Shown here in pieces: positions 39,745 through 50,581 of a stretch of 64,000 bases of DNA. Each line of letters opens with the position of its first letter. Position 1 is the stretch's first letter. This DNA is from Octopus sinensis (lineage: Eukaryota): positions 196,602,001 through 196,666,000 of the forward strand of contig NC_042998.1 in NCBI RefSeq assembly GCF_006345805.1. The letters run 5' to 3'. The notes under the pieces were generated by a model. The model made no database searches. It was not told the origin of the DNA and saw only the letters and a program-made list of their open reading frames with translations. A program made the translations under genes and the position numbers.

Positions 39745-39984
39745 TGGTTCTTTATTTTATTGACCCCGAAAAGATGAAAGGCAAATGTGACCTTGGCAGG
39801 ATTTGAACTCAGAAGGTAAAGACGGATGAAATGCCTCTGAGCATTTTGTCCGGCGTATCAACAATTATGGTAGTTCACCGCCTTGCATCAGCCAAATTAT
39901 GTCAACTCCAATATCCCTACACATTTGTTGGGGGTTTGTTGGAGAAACAGAAAGCTGATGAAGGACAGTGCTTTTAATTTACCT

Positions 39985-40378
39985 ATAGGCATAGGAGTGG
40001 CTGTGTGGTAAGTAGCTTGCTTACCAACCACATGGTTCCAGGTTCAGTCCCACTGCATGGCACCTTGGGCAAGTGTCTTCTGCTATAGCCTCGGGCTGAC
40101 CAAAGCCTTGTGAGTGGATTTGGTAGACGGAAACTGAAAGAAGCCCGTCATATACATATATGTATGTGTGTGTGTAAGTTTGTGTTTGTGTGTTTGTACC
40201 CCCAACATTGCTTGACAACCGATGCTGGTGTGTTTACGTCCCCATCACTTAGCAGTTCGGCAAAAGAGACCGATAGAACAAGTACTAGGCTTACAAAGAA
40301 TAAGTCCTGGGGTCGATTTACTCAACTAAAGGCGATGCTCCAGCATGACCACAGTCAAATGACTGAAACAAGTAAAAG
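39985..40378 (+). mobile_element. tRNA-derived bipartite SINE (CORE-like accttgggcaagt, central TA/TG microsatellite), representative copy
   Basis: A box tggctgtgtggt, B box ggttcagtcc, tail gcatggccacagtcaaatgactgaaacaagtaaaa. Other copies at 24108-24480, 32345-32735, 37075-37450, 52030-52300, 55105-55460 (minus) and 60920-61265 (plus). Confidence 0.85.
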
Positions 40379-40465
40379 GGTATGCCAATAGTTCTATGTA
40401 TAAACTAGCTATAAAAATGTTGCAAGCCAAACAAAAGGGAGGCAGTTATCACTACAAGGTATTAC

Positions 40466-40624
40466 CTGGTATATATCGTGTCCTATCCATTAGGCCCACT
40501 GTGGAAACGTCCCCTTCAGCTGCTAGATAAGACGAGTACCATTTACTTTGATTCACATTCCTCTTAAGTTCAGCTTCTTCTAATTCTAACTCTTCCTCAA
40601 AGCTTTTTATAGCATTTAGAAACT
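40466..40624 (-). CDS. Module U5 exon B (159 nt, phase 1-1)
   Basis: Acceptor gatgtcttttcag|AG, donor ATACCAG|gtaata. Encodes (E)FLNAIKSFEEELELEEAELKRNVNQSKWYSSYLAAEGDVSTVGLMDRTRYIP. Confidence 0.82.
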
Positions 40625-40964
40625 CTGAAAAGACATCAAAGAAACATTAATTTAGATATGAGGCCACATTTGTCTATCTGAGACCTTGTTCCTTGTACAT
40701 GTGTAGAACAGGGCTCTGCAACCGGTATGCCATAGCATGTATTCCACAGCACACTGGTGTGCCATGAGATGATGCTAGGTGTGCTGCAGTGTAACCTGAA
40801 TATAATTTTCTTCCTTGTACTTTTAGTTGTAATTTTAAAACATCTTTCAACCAAATGAACTTTCTCTTTTGTTTTTATCATTACTAAGCTAAAACAACAA
40901 TGGGTTTGTCCCATCCTTAGTACTGAATCAGTTAAAATATATAAGTGGTTATCAAAGTAAACGT

Positions 40965-41544
40965 TACTACTATGGTACTCCGTCGGTTACGACGATGAGG
41001 GTTCCAGATGATCCGATCAATGGAACAACCTGCTTGTGACATGTGTACCCTTAATGGAGTTCTCGGGGAGATTCAGCATGACACAGAGTGTGACAAGACT
41101 GGCCCCTTTGAAATACAGGTACAACAGAAACAAGAAGAAAGAGTGAGAGTAAGCTGTGGTGAAAGAGTACAGCAGGGTTCACCCCACCCCTGTCAGAGCC
41201 TTGTTGTTGTTGTTGTTGTTGTTGTTAAGCAACAAGATAGGTAAGGGTGATTAGGTGATGGTCTAGGGCTTAGGGGTAGGAGACGCCAGACCTTGGGAAA
41301 AAAAATACTTTGGTCATCTTGTAGTCGAGAGCTCTTCGTTGACGCCTGACACCACTGGGAGGTGAACCTCAAAGTCACTGGAAATGGAGATCTTCAGGTC
41401 CAAATTCTTGAACGGCGCCAGAGCCTCATGGAGTTTTAGGTGTTTTTGCTCAATAAACACTCACAATGCTCAGTCTGGGAATTGAAACCGCGATCCTATG
41501 ACTGTGAATTTGCTGCTCTAACCACTGAGCCATTGCACCTCCAC
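40965..41544 (-). mobile_element. tRNA-headed SINE with a nested LINE-tail fragment
   Basis: Minus-strand head gtggaggtgcaatggctcagtggttagagc, short (tac)n tail. TSD aaagtaaa(c/t)gt at 40954-40964 and 41545-41555. Confidence 0.7.
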
Positions 41545-41597
41545 AAAGTAAATGTAGACGGTATATTAATGTAACATAAAGTAAATTTATGGTTTAC

Positions 41598-41775
41598 CTT
41601 GTATTTCAAGTTGAGTAGAAATGCTCAATCGGTTATCAGGAGCTGGCAAGTCTATAGTATGAAGCTGTTGAGAAAGTTCCAAAGAAGGTTCCGAAGGAGG
41701 CGCTCGGGAAGTTCTCACAGGATGTGCTCGAGAAGTTCTCACAGGTGGAGGTCTGAGACAACATAATAAACGATA
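41598..41775 (-). CDS. Module U5 exon A (178 nt, phase 0-1)
   Basis: Acceptor ttttccttcgtttatttcag|TAT, donor ATACAAG|gtaaacc. Encodes YRLLCCLRPPPVRTSRAHPVRTSRAPP...NRLSISTQLEIQ. Confidence 0.72.
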
Positions 41776-43388
41776 CTGAAATAAACGAAGGAAAAGCAAT
41801 GTGGTGATATTCTCACAAAGTATTAGTGTAATTAGGAAAATGGGTTCAAAAGCCTCCGGTTCATAAATTTAAAATACTTCATAGTTGTTTAATCAGAAAC
41901 TTGGCTGCTTGGTCAAAATCTCAGGGTCACTACTTCTAGTTAGTTAAAGAATGTTCAAAGAGATTACAACATTTAGTCATATACAGAAAGGGTCAAAGGT
42001 CACAGAGGGATCCCAGAATTCAATAACTCCTTTTTCTTTGAAATGTGTGCAGTCGGTGACTGGGCAGTACGGCAAATGAGCTAGTGCGTGTGTACGCGTG
42101 AGGACGTATACACGAGTGCAGGTGCGCGTATCAAAATTCACTGTAAAAATGAGCTCAGGTGATCGAACGAGTATATTCTCAATCCATGATATCGAAGATC
42201 TTCTTGTAGGGTTGCAGTGTATGAAATGCCTTGAAGGTTTTTCAGAAGTGAAATGTGTCTGGCGCTGTTGTCGTGGGTAATTGCTGGGGTTAGCAAGAAC
42301 GAAAGTGTAGCATGCTGGGGGGGGGGGGGGATGCGCGAGACAGGTAATTTTTCTCCCTTCAATACGTGACCAAACAGGGGTCTAACAGAGGGAAATTATG
42401 TCTAAGCATGAGCGCAGAGCATGTGAACATCCGACATGCATCGAGTCTGGAAAAGAGCTGAGCTGAGCTTGCACAAACAAGGCAGTAGAGGCATGATAGA
42501 GTTGCGTGTGTGTGTGTGTGCAAAAGGGCTCATGGCTGAGGTAGTATGCTAATGTAGTGATTACAAATACAGTGTTGAATATGCCAATGCTTAAGGCAGT
42601 GCTGGATATTTCAGCCAGTGCATCAGGTATTAAACACCTTGAAATGTGCAGGAGCAAGAATGAGGCATGTGGCGCATTGTAGAGGAAGAACAACTTTCTC
42701 TATGCATACGCGACTGACCTAGGGTCTTACAGAGGGAGGATGGAAAACAAGCAAGAAAGGCAGGGTATGGTGCATGAATGAGATAGTGTTAACATGTATC
42801 ATCATCATCATCATTTAACGTTTGCTTTCCCTGCTAGCATGGGTTGGATGGTTTGACTGTGGGCTGGCAAACCAGATGGCTGCACCAGGCTTCAATCTTG
42901 ATCTGGCAGAGTTTCTACAGCTGGATGCCCTTCCTAACGTCAACCACTCCGAGAGTGTAGTGGATGCTTTTTACGTGCCACTCAGGTGGTACTGGCAACG
43001 ACTTTGCTCTTTTTTTTTTTTTTTTTTTTTTACACATGCCAACGGCACAGGTGCCAGTAAGGCGATGCTGGTAATGATCCTGCTCGAATGGTGCCTCCTA
43101 CATGCCACCGGCGCAGAAGCCAGTTAGCCGCTCTGGCAACGATCATGCTCGGATGGTGCTCTTAGCACCATGTTTCCAAAATGAACGAAAAAAAGTATAT
43201 GCAAAATGCAACGTGCGACAATGTGATTGAAAGAAAGTGGAAGTGCATTCTGTCTGAATGGAGGCATGAACCAATGGCTAAGTCCACCTAAACAGATTGG
43301 CATTTGAGTCAGAGTGGATTGTTATCTTCTTCAAAAGAAAGCCCTAGTAAATGGTTTCAGCAGATAAGTTATTTAAGAGAATACTTAC

Positions 43389-43432
43389 TCCCTTTGGAAT
43401 ACGGGGTAACATTGCCGCAATATCTTCAGGAT
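43389..43432 (-). CDS. Module U6 exon C (44 nt, phase 1-0)
   Basis: Acceptor ccccttttacattgcag|AT, donor GGA|gtaagtattct. Encodes (D)PEDIAAMLPRIPKG; downstream intron (43305-43350) resembles that of U5-C (36140-36190). Confidence 0.75.
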
Positions 43433-43962
43433 CTGCAATGTAAAAGGGGAGAATTCCATTCATCATCATCATCATCATCATCATTTAGCGTCCGTTGTCC
43501 ATGCTGGCATGGGTTGGATGGTTTGACCAGGGCTGGCACGCTGGAAGGCTGCACCAGACTCCAGTCTGATTTGGCATGGCTTCTGTGGCTGGATGCCCTT
43601 CCTAATACCAACCACTCTGAGAGCATAATGGGTACTTTTACGTGCCAGTGGCACAGGTGCCATTTGTGTGACACCGGTATCTGCCATGACTTTGATTTCA
43701 CTTAGCTTGAGGGGGTCTTCTTCTCAAGCATGACGTAATGCCAAAGGTCTCGGTCATTAACCCTGTGAGACCCACTGGCTTTGCTGTATCCCTCAGTGTA
43801 CATGTATCTTCCGGCTTCTATCTTTCTCACTAAACACATACTCAATGACCACTAAGCCAATGAATGTATTTTTCTGGCAAACTACCAGGTGTGTACTGTA
43901 TGGTTTATTAACTACTACATTATTTACATTAGACATATATGTATCCTCAACTTGTTTGTTGT

Positions 43963-44010
43963 GACCACAATGTTTCGGCTGATTTACTCTCCAGCCTTCA
44001 TCAGGTGTCC
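43963..44010 (-). ncRNA. Decayed minimal hammerhead-ribozyme motif of a Penelope-like element
   Basis: Minus strand: GGACAC-CUGAUGA-aGGCUG(n10)CAGCC-GAAAC-AUU-GUG. The core boxes and stem II are intact; the ACGU palindrome reads ACAU. Confidence 0.55.
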
Positions 44011-44133
44011 TGGAAGAATTTTGAACCCAACCTCTATAACTTTCCATGAGCTTATAGTGTAATGGTTAAGAGCATGGGCTACTGACCCCAAGATACCGAC
44101 TTCAATTCCAAGCAGCGCCTTGAATAAATAATA

Positions 44134-44165
<32 letters not shown>

Positions 44166-46044
44166 AAAAATAATAATAATAAATAGAATAGGAAGCCAGA
44201 CATAGTTTTAATTGAGAAAGAAAACAAACTATGCTGGATCTTAGATATTTTAAAATTTACAGGAGGGGGGGTAACTTGAGGTGAGAAATTGATTGGGAGA
44301 CGTTTTGGGGCGCTACAGTGGTTGCTTTGCTGTGAAAATGGGGATTTTATTGATTTGGGGGGACACTTTGGGGTCTAGATTGGACACCTTTTGCCCGATT
44401 TCAATCAAATTTTCAACATGGTAAAGTGGAAACGGATTTGTAATTTAAGCGCGGGAAAATGGGTTCGAAATTTTGAAAATTAAGGCAAGATTTATGAAGT
44501 TGAAAAAAATTTCTCATTTTTATGTATTTTTGCCTTTTATTTTTTATTGTTTAAAGTTTTCATTTTTTCTTAAAGAAATTTACAGCTGCATGTAGCCCGT
44601 GTTTAGAGCTTTCATTTGCATGGTCAATCGTCGAACAATTCCCAAAATAATTACTAAATTTAACAAAGAAATCCACTTTCTTCTTATTTTTAATCGCTCA
44701 AATAGTGGCACGTACAAAAGGCAAATGTGCTTTCCGTTGTCACTGCCTGATAATTATGATTGATCTTTCAAAATATTTTCTTTCTCAACTTACTCAAGAT
44801 CTTTTGTTTTTTATAAATGGGAGAGAGATAGATAGAGAAAGACAGAGAGTAAGAGAAAGCGAGGGAGAGTCTGAGAGAAAGGAAGAGTAAGAGAGTGGGA
44901 AAGTGAGAGAGAAAAGAGAGAAAAACAAAGAGGGAGAATGTGGCGATAAGAAACAGAAAGGAAGCAACAGAAAGTAACAACCACACCCTCACCCGTGCGT
45001 AGAGCGGGTCACCTTAAGCTAGTAAGTTAATAGAAAGATAGAGCTGTCAGGGCTTCCCTCTAATTCTTTAGTGATAAATGTGATATGTTGTAAACCAAAT
45101 GACAGAGAGGCACTTAGCACTACACAATATTACCTAGCGCTGGAGGTGATCTCAAAATTGATTTTCTCTTCACTATATCCATCGAGGGTTTCAGGCGAGG
45201 TTCACGGCGGAGCACTGGTAAAATATAAATAAAATATACTTTTTAGATATAACCAGGTTGTTGTTTGCTGCTACACTGCAGGTAAAAATATTTGTTAAAC
45301 ATGCACATACATCTGCATAAATGATTAAAGTGAAGGTCATTTTTTTAAAGTCTGTATTCAAACGAGGTCTTTGCCAGTGCCGCTGGACTGGCCCCTGAGC
45401 AGGTGGCACGTAAAAAGCACCATTTGGGCGTGGCCATTGCCAGTACCACCAAACTGGCCCTCGTGCCGGTGGCACGTAAAAGCACCCACTACACTCTCGG
45501 AGTGGTTGGCGTTTGGAAGGGCATCGAGCTGTAGAAACTCTGCCAGATCAGATTGGAGCCTGATGCAGCCTCATGGCTTCCCAGACACCAGTCGAACTGT
45601 CCAACCCATGCTAGCATGGAAAACGGACGTTAAACGATGATGATGATGATGTCTTGTCTATATGTTGAAAGTCTCTCAAACACACACACACAAACAATCT
45701 CACTAAAATAACTAAATATATATTATATATTCATATAAAACGAAAAAATAAATATGCCCTTTAAAAGCCTAGCCAGGCTCATGGGCCCGGTTTCCCAGTT
45801 TCAATGGCGTATGTGTTCCCCAGCTGGATGGGACACCAGTCCATCGCAGCGTTACTCATTTTTGCCAGCTGAGTGGACTGGAGCAACATGAAAGGAGGTG
45901 TTTTGCTCAAGAACACAATGCATCATCCGGTCCAGGAATCGAAACCACAATCTTACGATCATGGTGCTGACACCCTAACCACTAAGCCACACGCCTCCAC
46001 ATATATTCATATAGTCACCCGTATTGAAAATCAGGGAATGACTC

Positions 46045-47118
46045 ACGAAGTGGTCATACCCAGTAACTGGTGTAGCAGCACCATAATCAACTGCTACAAA
46101 GGTAAAGGTGACGCCTTAGATAGAAATAATTACAGAGGTATCAAATTGTTGAATCAGGAGATGAAAGTTACAGAGAGGGTCACAGCCCAACTAATTAGGG
46201 ATAGGGTTACTCTAGATGAGCTGCAGTTTGGTTTTGTGTCAGGGAGAAGCACCACTGATGCTATATTTTTGGTAAGGTGTAGGAGAAATATACAGCCTAA
46301 GACAAACCTTTGTACTGGGCTTTTGTTGACTTGGAGAAAGCATTTGACAGGGTCCCTTGATCCCTTATCTGGTGATCAATGCAGAAACTAGGGATAAATG
46401 AATGGTTGGTAAGAGCTGTAGAACCCATGTATAGGGACACTACCAGTAAGGTGAGAGTTGGCAGCAAGTATGGCAAAGAATTCAGGGTACAAGTAGGGGT
46501 TCACCAAGGATCGGTCCTCAGCCTCCTTTTGTTCATCATAGTCCTCCAGGCAAAAACAGAGGAATTCAAGACAGGCTGCCCCTAGGAGTTTCTCTATGCT
46601 GACGATCTTGTTTTTATAGCTGAATCACTACCAGAACTAGAGAAGAAGTTCCAGGTACGGAAACAAGGTCTAGAATTAAATGGCCTAAGAGTTAACCAAA
46701 AACCAAAGTCTTAGTTAGTAGGAAGGCAGACAAATCACAAATCCCTTCAGTTAGATGGCCCTGCTTAATCTATAGAAAAGGCATAGGTAGAAACTCCATA
46801 AGATGCACCTGGTACATCCTATAAGCTATGAACATATAAGAGGTGTAGCAATATCAGGGCAAGGTTAAGAGGGACAATAACTTTTGTATGTGGAAGGTGC
46901 ACAGGTACAATAAACAGTGAAAATGTAGAGAAAACAGATGCCATCATCTGTCAGGTGAGTAAACTAGAGGTAGTAGACAGCTTCTGTTATCTGGGTGACC
47001 AAGTAAGTAGAGGAGGTGGATGCTCCAAGAGCATAGCTGCGAGAATAAGATTAGGCTGGGCAAAGTTCAAAGAGCTCCTACCTCTGCTGGTAACAAAGGA
47101 CCTTTCCTCAGAGGGAAG
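46045..47118 (+). mobile_element. Decayed RTE LINE reverse transcriptase region
   Basis: NYRGIKLL, FGFVSGRSTTDAIF, VGVHQGSVLS, LYADDL and VDSFCYLGD motifs with frameshifts. Confidence 0.88.
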
Positions 47119-47227
47119 GGCATATTGTATGATGCCTTTGTCAGGGGTTTTCTCTAATTCTCTAGTGATAAATGTGATATGTTGTAAACCAAATAAAAGA
47201 GAGGCTCTTAGCAATACATAACATTAC

Positions 47228-47281
47228 CTGGTATACTGCCCAAAGGTCTCGTTAAATCGAATTCTGCATCATCATCATCAT
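47228..47281 (-). CDS. Module U6 exon B, shortened (54 nt, phase 1-1)
   Basis: Acceptor ttatatattccag|AT, donor ATACCAG|gtaat (same end as U5-B). Encodes (D)DDDDAEFDLTRPLGSIP. Confidence 0.65.
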
Positions 47282-47971
47282 CTGGAATATATAAACAATA
47301 CATACCTTATAGATATGATTATAACGACATTTTAAAGCATTTATACTGAAACAGACATGGTGTCCTCCAAAAATGTATGCACACTTTAGAGGAATGCCAA
47401 TGAGAAATGTTCCAGAAGACTATGGATGTTGATGAGCTCCACAAAGGCACAGGAGTAGAGCAGGAGTGGCTGTGTGGTAAGTAGCTTGCTTACCAACCAC
47501 ATGGTTCGAGGTTCAGTCCCACTGCATGGCATCTTGGGCAAGTGTCTTCTACTATAGCCTCGGGCTGACCAAAGCCTTGTGAGTGGATTTGATAGATGGA
47601 AACTGAAAGAAGCCCGTCGAATATATGCATCATCATCATCGTTTAGCGTCTGCTTTCCATGCTAGCATGGGTTGGACGGTTCGACCGGGGTCTGGAAAGC
47701 CAGGAGGCTGCACCAGGCCCAGTCTGATCTGGCAATGTTTCTACGGCTGGATGCCCTTCCTAACGCCAACCACTCCATGAGTGTAGTGAGTGCTTTTTAC
47801 GTGTCACCGGCACAGGTGCCAGACGAGGCTGGCAAATGGCCATGATCGGATGGTGCTTTTTACGTGCCACCAGTATGGAGGCCAGGCGAGGCTGGCAACG
47901 GCCACGATCGGATGCTGCTTTTTACGTGCCACTGGCATGGAGGCAGTCGGGGTGGCGCTAGGAAGTCGGGG

Positions 47972-48011
<40 letters not shown>

Positions 48012-48410
48012 ATGTCTATGTTTGTCCCCCCAACATAGCTTGATAACCGATGCTGGTGTGTTTGCGTCCCCATAACTTAGCGGTAGAATAAGTACTAGGC
48101 TTACAAAGAATAAGTCCTGGGGTCAATTTGTTCGACTAAAGGCGGTGCTCCAGCATGGCCGCAGTCAAATGACTGAAACAAGTAAAAGAGAGGAAGAGAA
48201 GTCAAGAAAGGATACTAAGAATGTATTGAGAAACTAGTCACGAGACAGGAATTTAGAAATCAAGCATTCATCGCATTTTATAAAGTTGTCGTTAGAAAAG
48301 TTGCATTTCAAGAAATGATTATTGCTTTTAATAAAAACGATCTGAGGAATTTTTCACTGGTCTGGATTTGGTTACAGTTGCAGGCAGGCTTGTAAGACAG
48401 GTATGATCAA

Positions 48411-48646
48411 GGCGGCAAGCTGGCAGAAACGTTAGCACGCCGGGCGAAATGCTTAGCGGTATTTCGTCTGCCGTTAGGTTGTGAGTTCAGATTTCGCCGA
48501 GGTCGACTTTACCTTTCATCCTTTCGGGGTCGATTAAATAAGTACCAGTTACGCACTGGGGTCGATGTAATCCGTCGACTTAATACCTATGTCTGTCCTT
48601 GTTTGTCCCCTCTATGTTTAGCCCCTTGTGGGTAATAAAGAAATAG
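48411..48646 (+). mobile_element. tRNA-derived SINE with a Meta-domain-like centre, representative copy
   Basis: Head ggcggcaagctggcagaaacgttagc, centre gtcgactttacctttcatcctttcggggtcgat, tail aaagaaat; TSD ggtatgatc. Other copies at 3490-3690, 16856-17087, 27605-27751, 35470-36110, 53600-54005, 56555-56790, 58240-58560. The Meta assignment is from memory. Confidence 0.85.
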
Positions 48647-50130
48647 GTATGATCCTTGTAAAACAGGTTTGATCCATTATGATCCTTCAGTGGGTGATTC
48701 TCTGCAGGTTTTTGCTTTAACATCAATTACTTTGACACTCAAATCAGAGATCAATTGAGAAGTTTCCAGAAATTCCCAGTGCAAGGCCTGATTTAGTTCA
48801 GATAGTAGGGTAAGACAGAGATCAGCAGCTGAAAGGATCAATTATGTAGTTGAATCATTTCTCAGCATTCCAGAGTCCAGAATTTTAATGCATATGTTTT
48901 TGGCTTGCCATTGTCAGGGAGTTAGAGGTGCATTAAATAAAAACCTGATGTTTATTGCAATCAACCCATTGTATCAAAGCAAAAAAGAAAAAAATGAGTT
49001 ATTGGCTTTCATACAAAAGATGGCTGATGTGATCATCAAGGCATCACTCAGTCTTAGAAAAGAGACCTGTTTTTATGGTATATTTCATCCACACATGAAG
49101 CCGTGACAATTTTGTTCCATCTAACCAGCCCACCTATGTGTACCTTTCCTTCATTGGACACTAAACTCTGCTTGCGAAGACCTGTTGAGGCAAAGAGGAA
49201 TTCCCATGGGAAACCTGTCTTAAATTTCTCTGTTATTGTCTGGAAGACTGTTACCAAAACCCTTATAAACTCTCACCAGCATACTAAATTAATAGCTGTA
49301 CTTATTGTTAACTAGCATCTGTGCTAGTGGAGTGCTAAGAACACCATCCAAGTGTGATCATTGCCAGAGCAGCTGACTGGCTTCCATGCCGGTGGCACGT
49401 AAAAATCACCATTCAAGCATGATTATTACCAGTGTCACCTTACTGGTACTTGTGCTGGTGGCACGAGAAAAAACGTTCGAGCGAGGTTGTTGCCAGTGCC
49501 GCTAACTGGCTCCTGTGCAGGTGGCCGTTGCCAGTACCACCTGACTGGCCCTCGTGTTGGTGGCATGTAAAAGCACCCATTACACTCTCGGAGTCGTTGG
49601 CATTAGGAAGGGCATCCTGCTGTAGAAACTCTGCCAGATCAGGATTGGAGCCTGGTGCAGCCATCTGATTCGCCAGTCCTCAGTCAAATCATCCAACTCA
49701 TGCTAGCATGGAAAGCGGATGTTAAATGATGGTGATGATGATGATAACCATCCATATAATTGAAACAAAGGAGAACCAATGTCTTAGTATAAAATATGTG
49801 TGCATGTGTCCATGTGTGTTTGTATGTGAGTGTGTGTGCATGCATATGTGTGTGAGTGTGTGCATGTGTGTGTGAGTGTGTGCGTGTGTGCATGAGTGTG
49901 TGTGTGTGTGTGTGCGTGTGTGCACATGTGTGTGTGAGTGTGTGCATGTGTTCATGTATATAGATGTATATGTACAAAAGTGTGTAATTGTTTGTGTGAT
50001 CATTATGGAATCAAAAGAACGATGGGTTTATCCTATCGTTAGTCAATGAATGAAATAAAATAGAAAGATGTCTACCAAAGTAAATGTAGACAGTACAATA
50101 ATGAAAATATAATGGAAAAGAATGGTTTAC

Positions 50131-50200
50131 CTTCTATCTTAACTGTGGGAGTAGCACCATGCAAATCGTCGTCTTCGAAATCAGCATAATCATAAGGGGA
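50131..50200 (-). CDS. Module U6 exon A (70 nt, phase 0-1)
   Basis: Acceptor tttttctgcttcctttgctccag|TCC, donor ATAGAAG|gtaaaccattct (as in U1-A). Encodes SPYDYADFEDDDLHGATPTVKIE. Confidence 0.75.
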
Positions 50201-50230
50201 CTGGAGCAAAGGAAGCAGAAAAACATATAC

Positions 50231-50470
50231 ACAGGGTTGGCCAGAATTCACCTGACAGTAAATCAAAATTCCATAAATATTTTCTGTAATTCTGTATTCG
50301 CTCGAATGGAAAAATGTGTCGTCGCTCAAGAAGGACTTCAGTTTGGACAATTTTCATGATGTTTCATGCTTAGATGCTTTTATTAAATTCATTCTGTCAT
50401 TAAACATAAATAAATCTTGGAATTAAATGGTTTTTGATTTACTGTCAGCTGACTTTTGGGCCAACCCTGT
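50231..50470. mobile_element. MITE with acagggttggcc termini (second copy about 51131-51364)
   Basis: Terminal inverted repeats and two similar copies about 900 bp apart. Confidence 0.7.
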
Positions 50471-50476
50471 TTACAC

Positions 50477-50518
<42 letters not shown>

Positions 50519-50581
50519 AAATAGATGTGTGTATTTTTCCCTTGTTAACAATTAACATGGAAAAAATATATAAATAGTTAC

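Noticed and set aside
41598-41753. Alternative U5-A acceptor ttgtctcag|A at 41753
   Set aside because: Weaker pyrimidine tract and phase 2, incompatible with upstream exon C; the 41775 site was preferred.
48360-49106. Coding-looking plus-strand segment split by a SINE (ORF 48888..49106)
   Set aside because: Multiple stops and no motif I can identify; probably old transposon debris.
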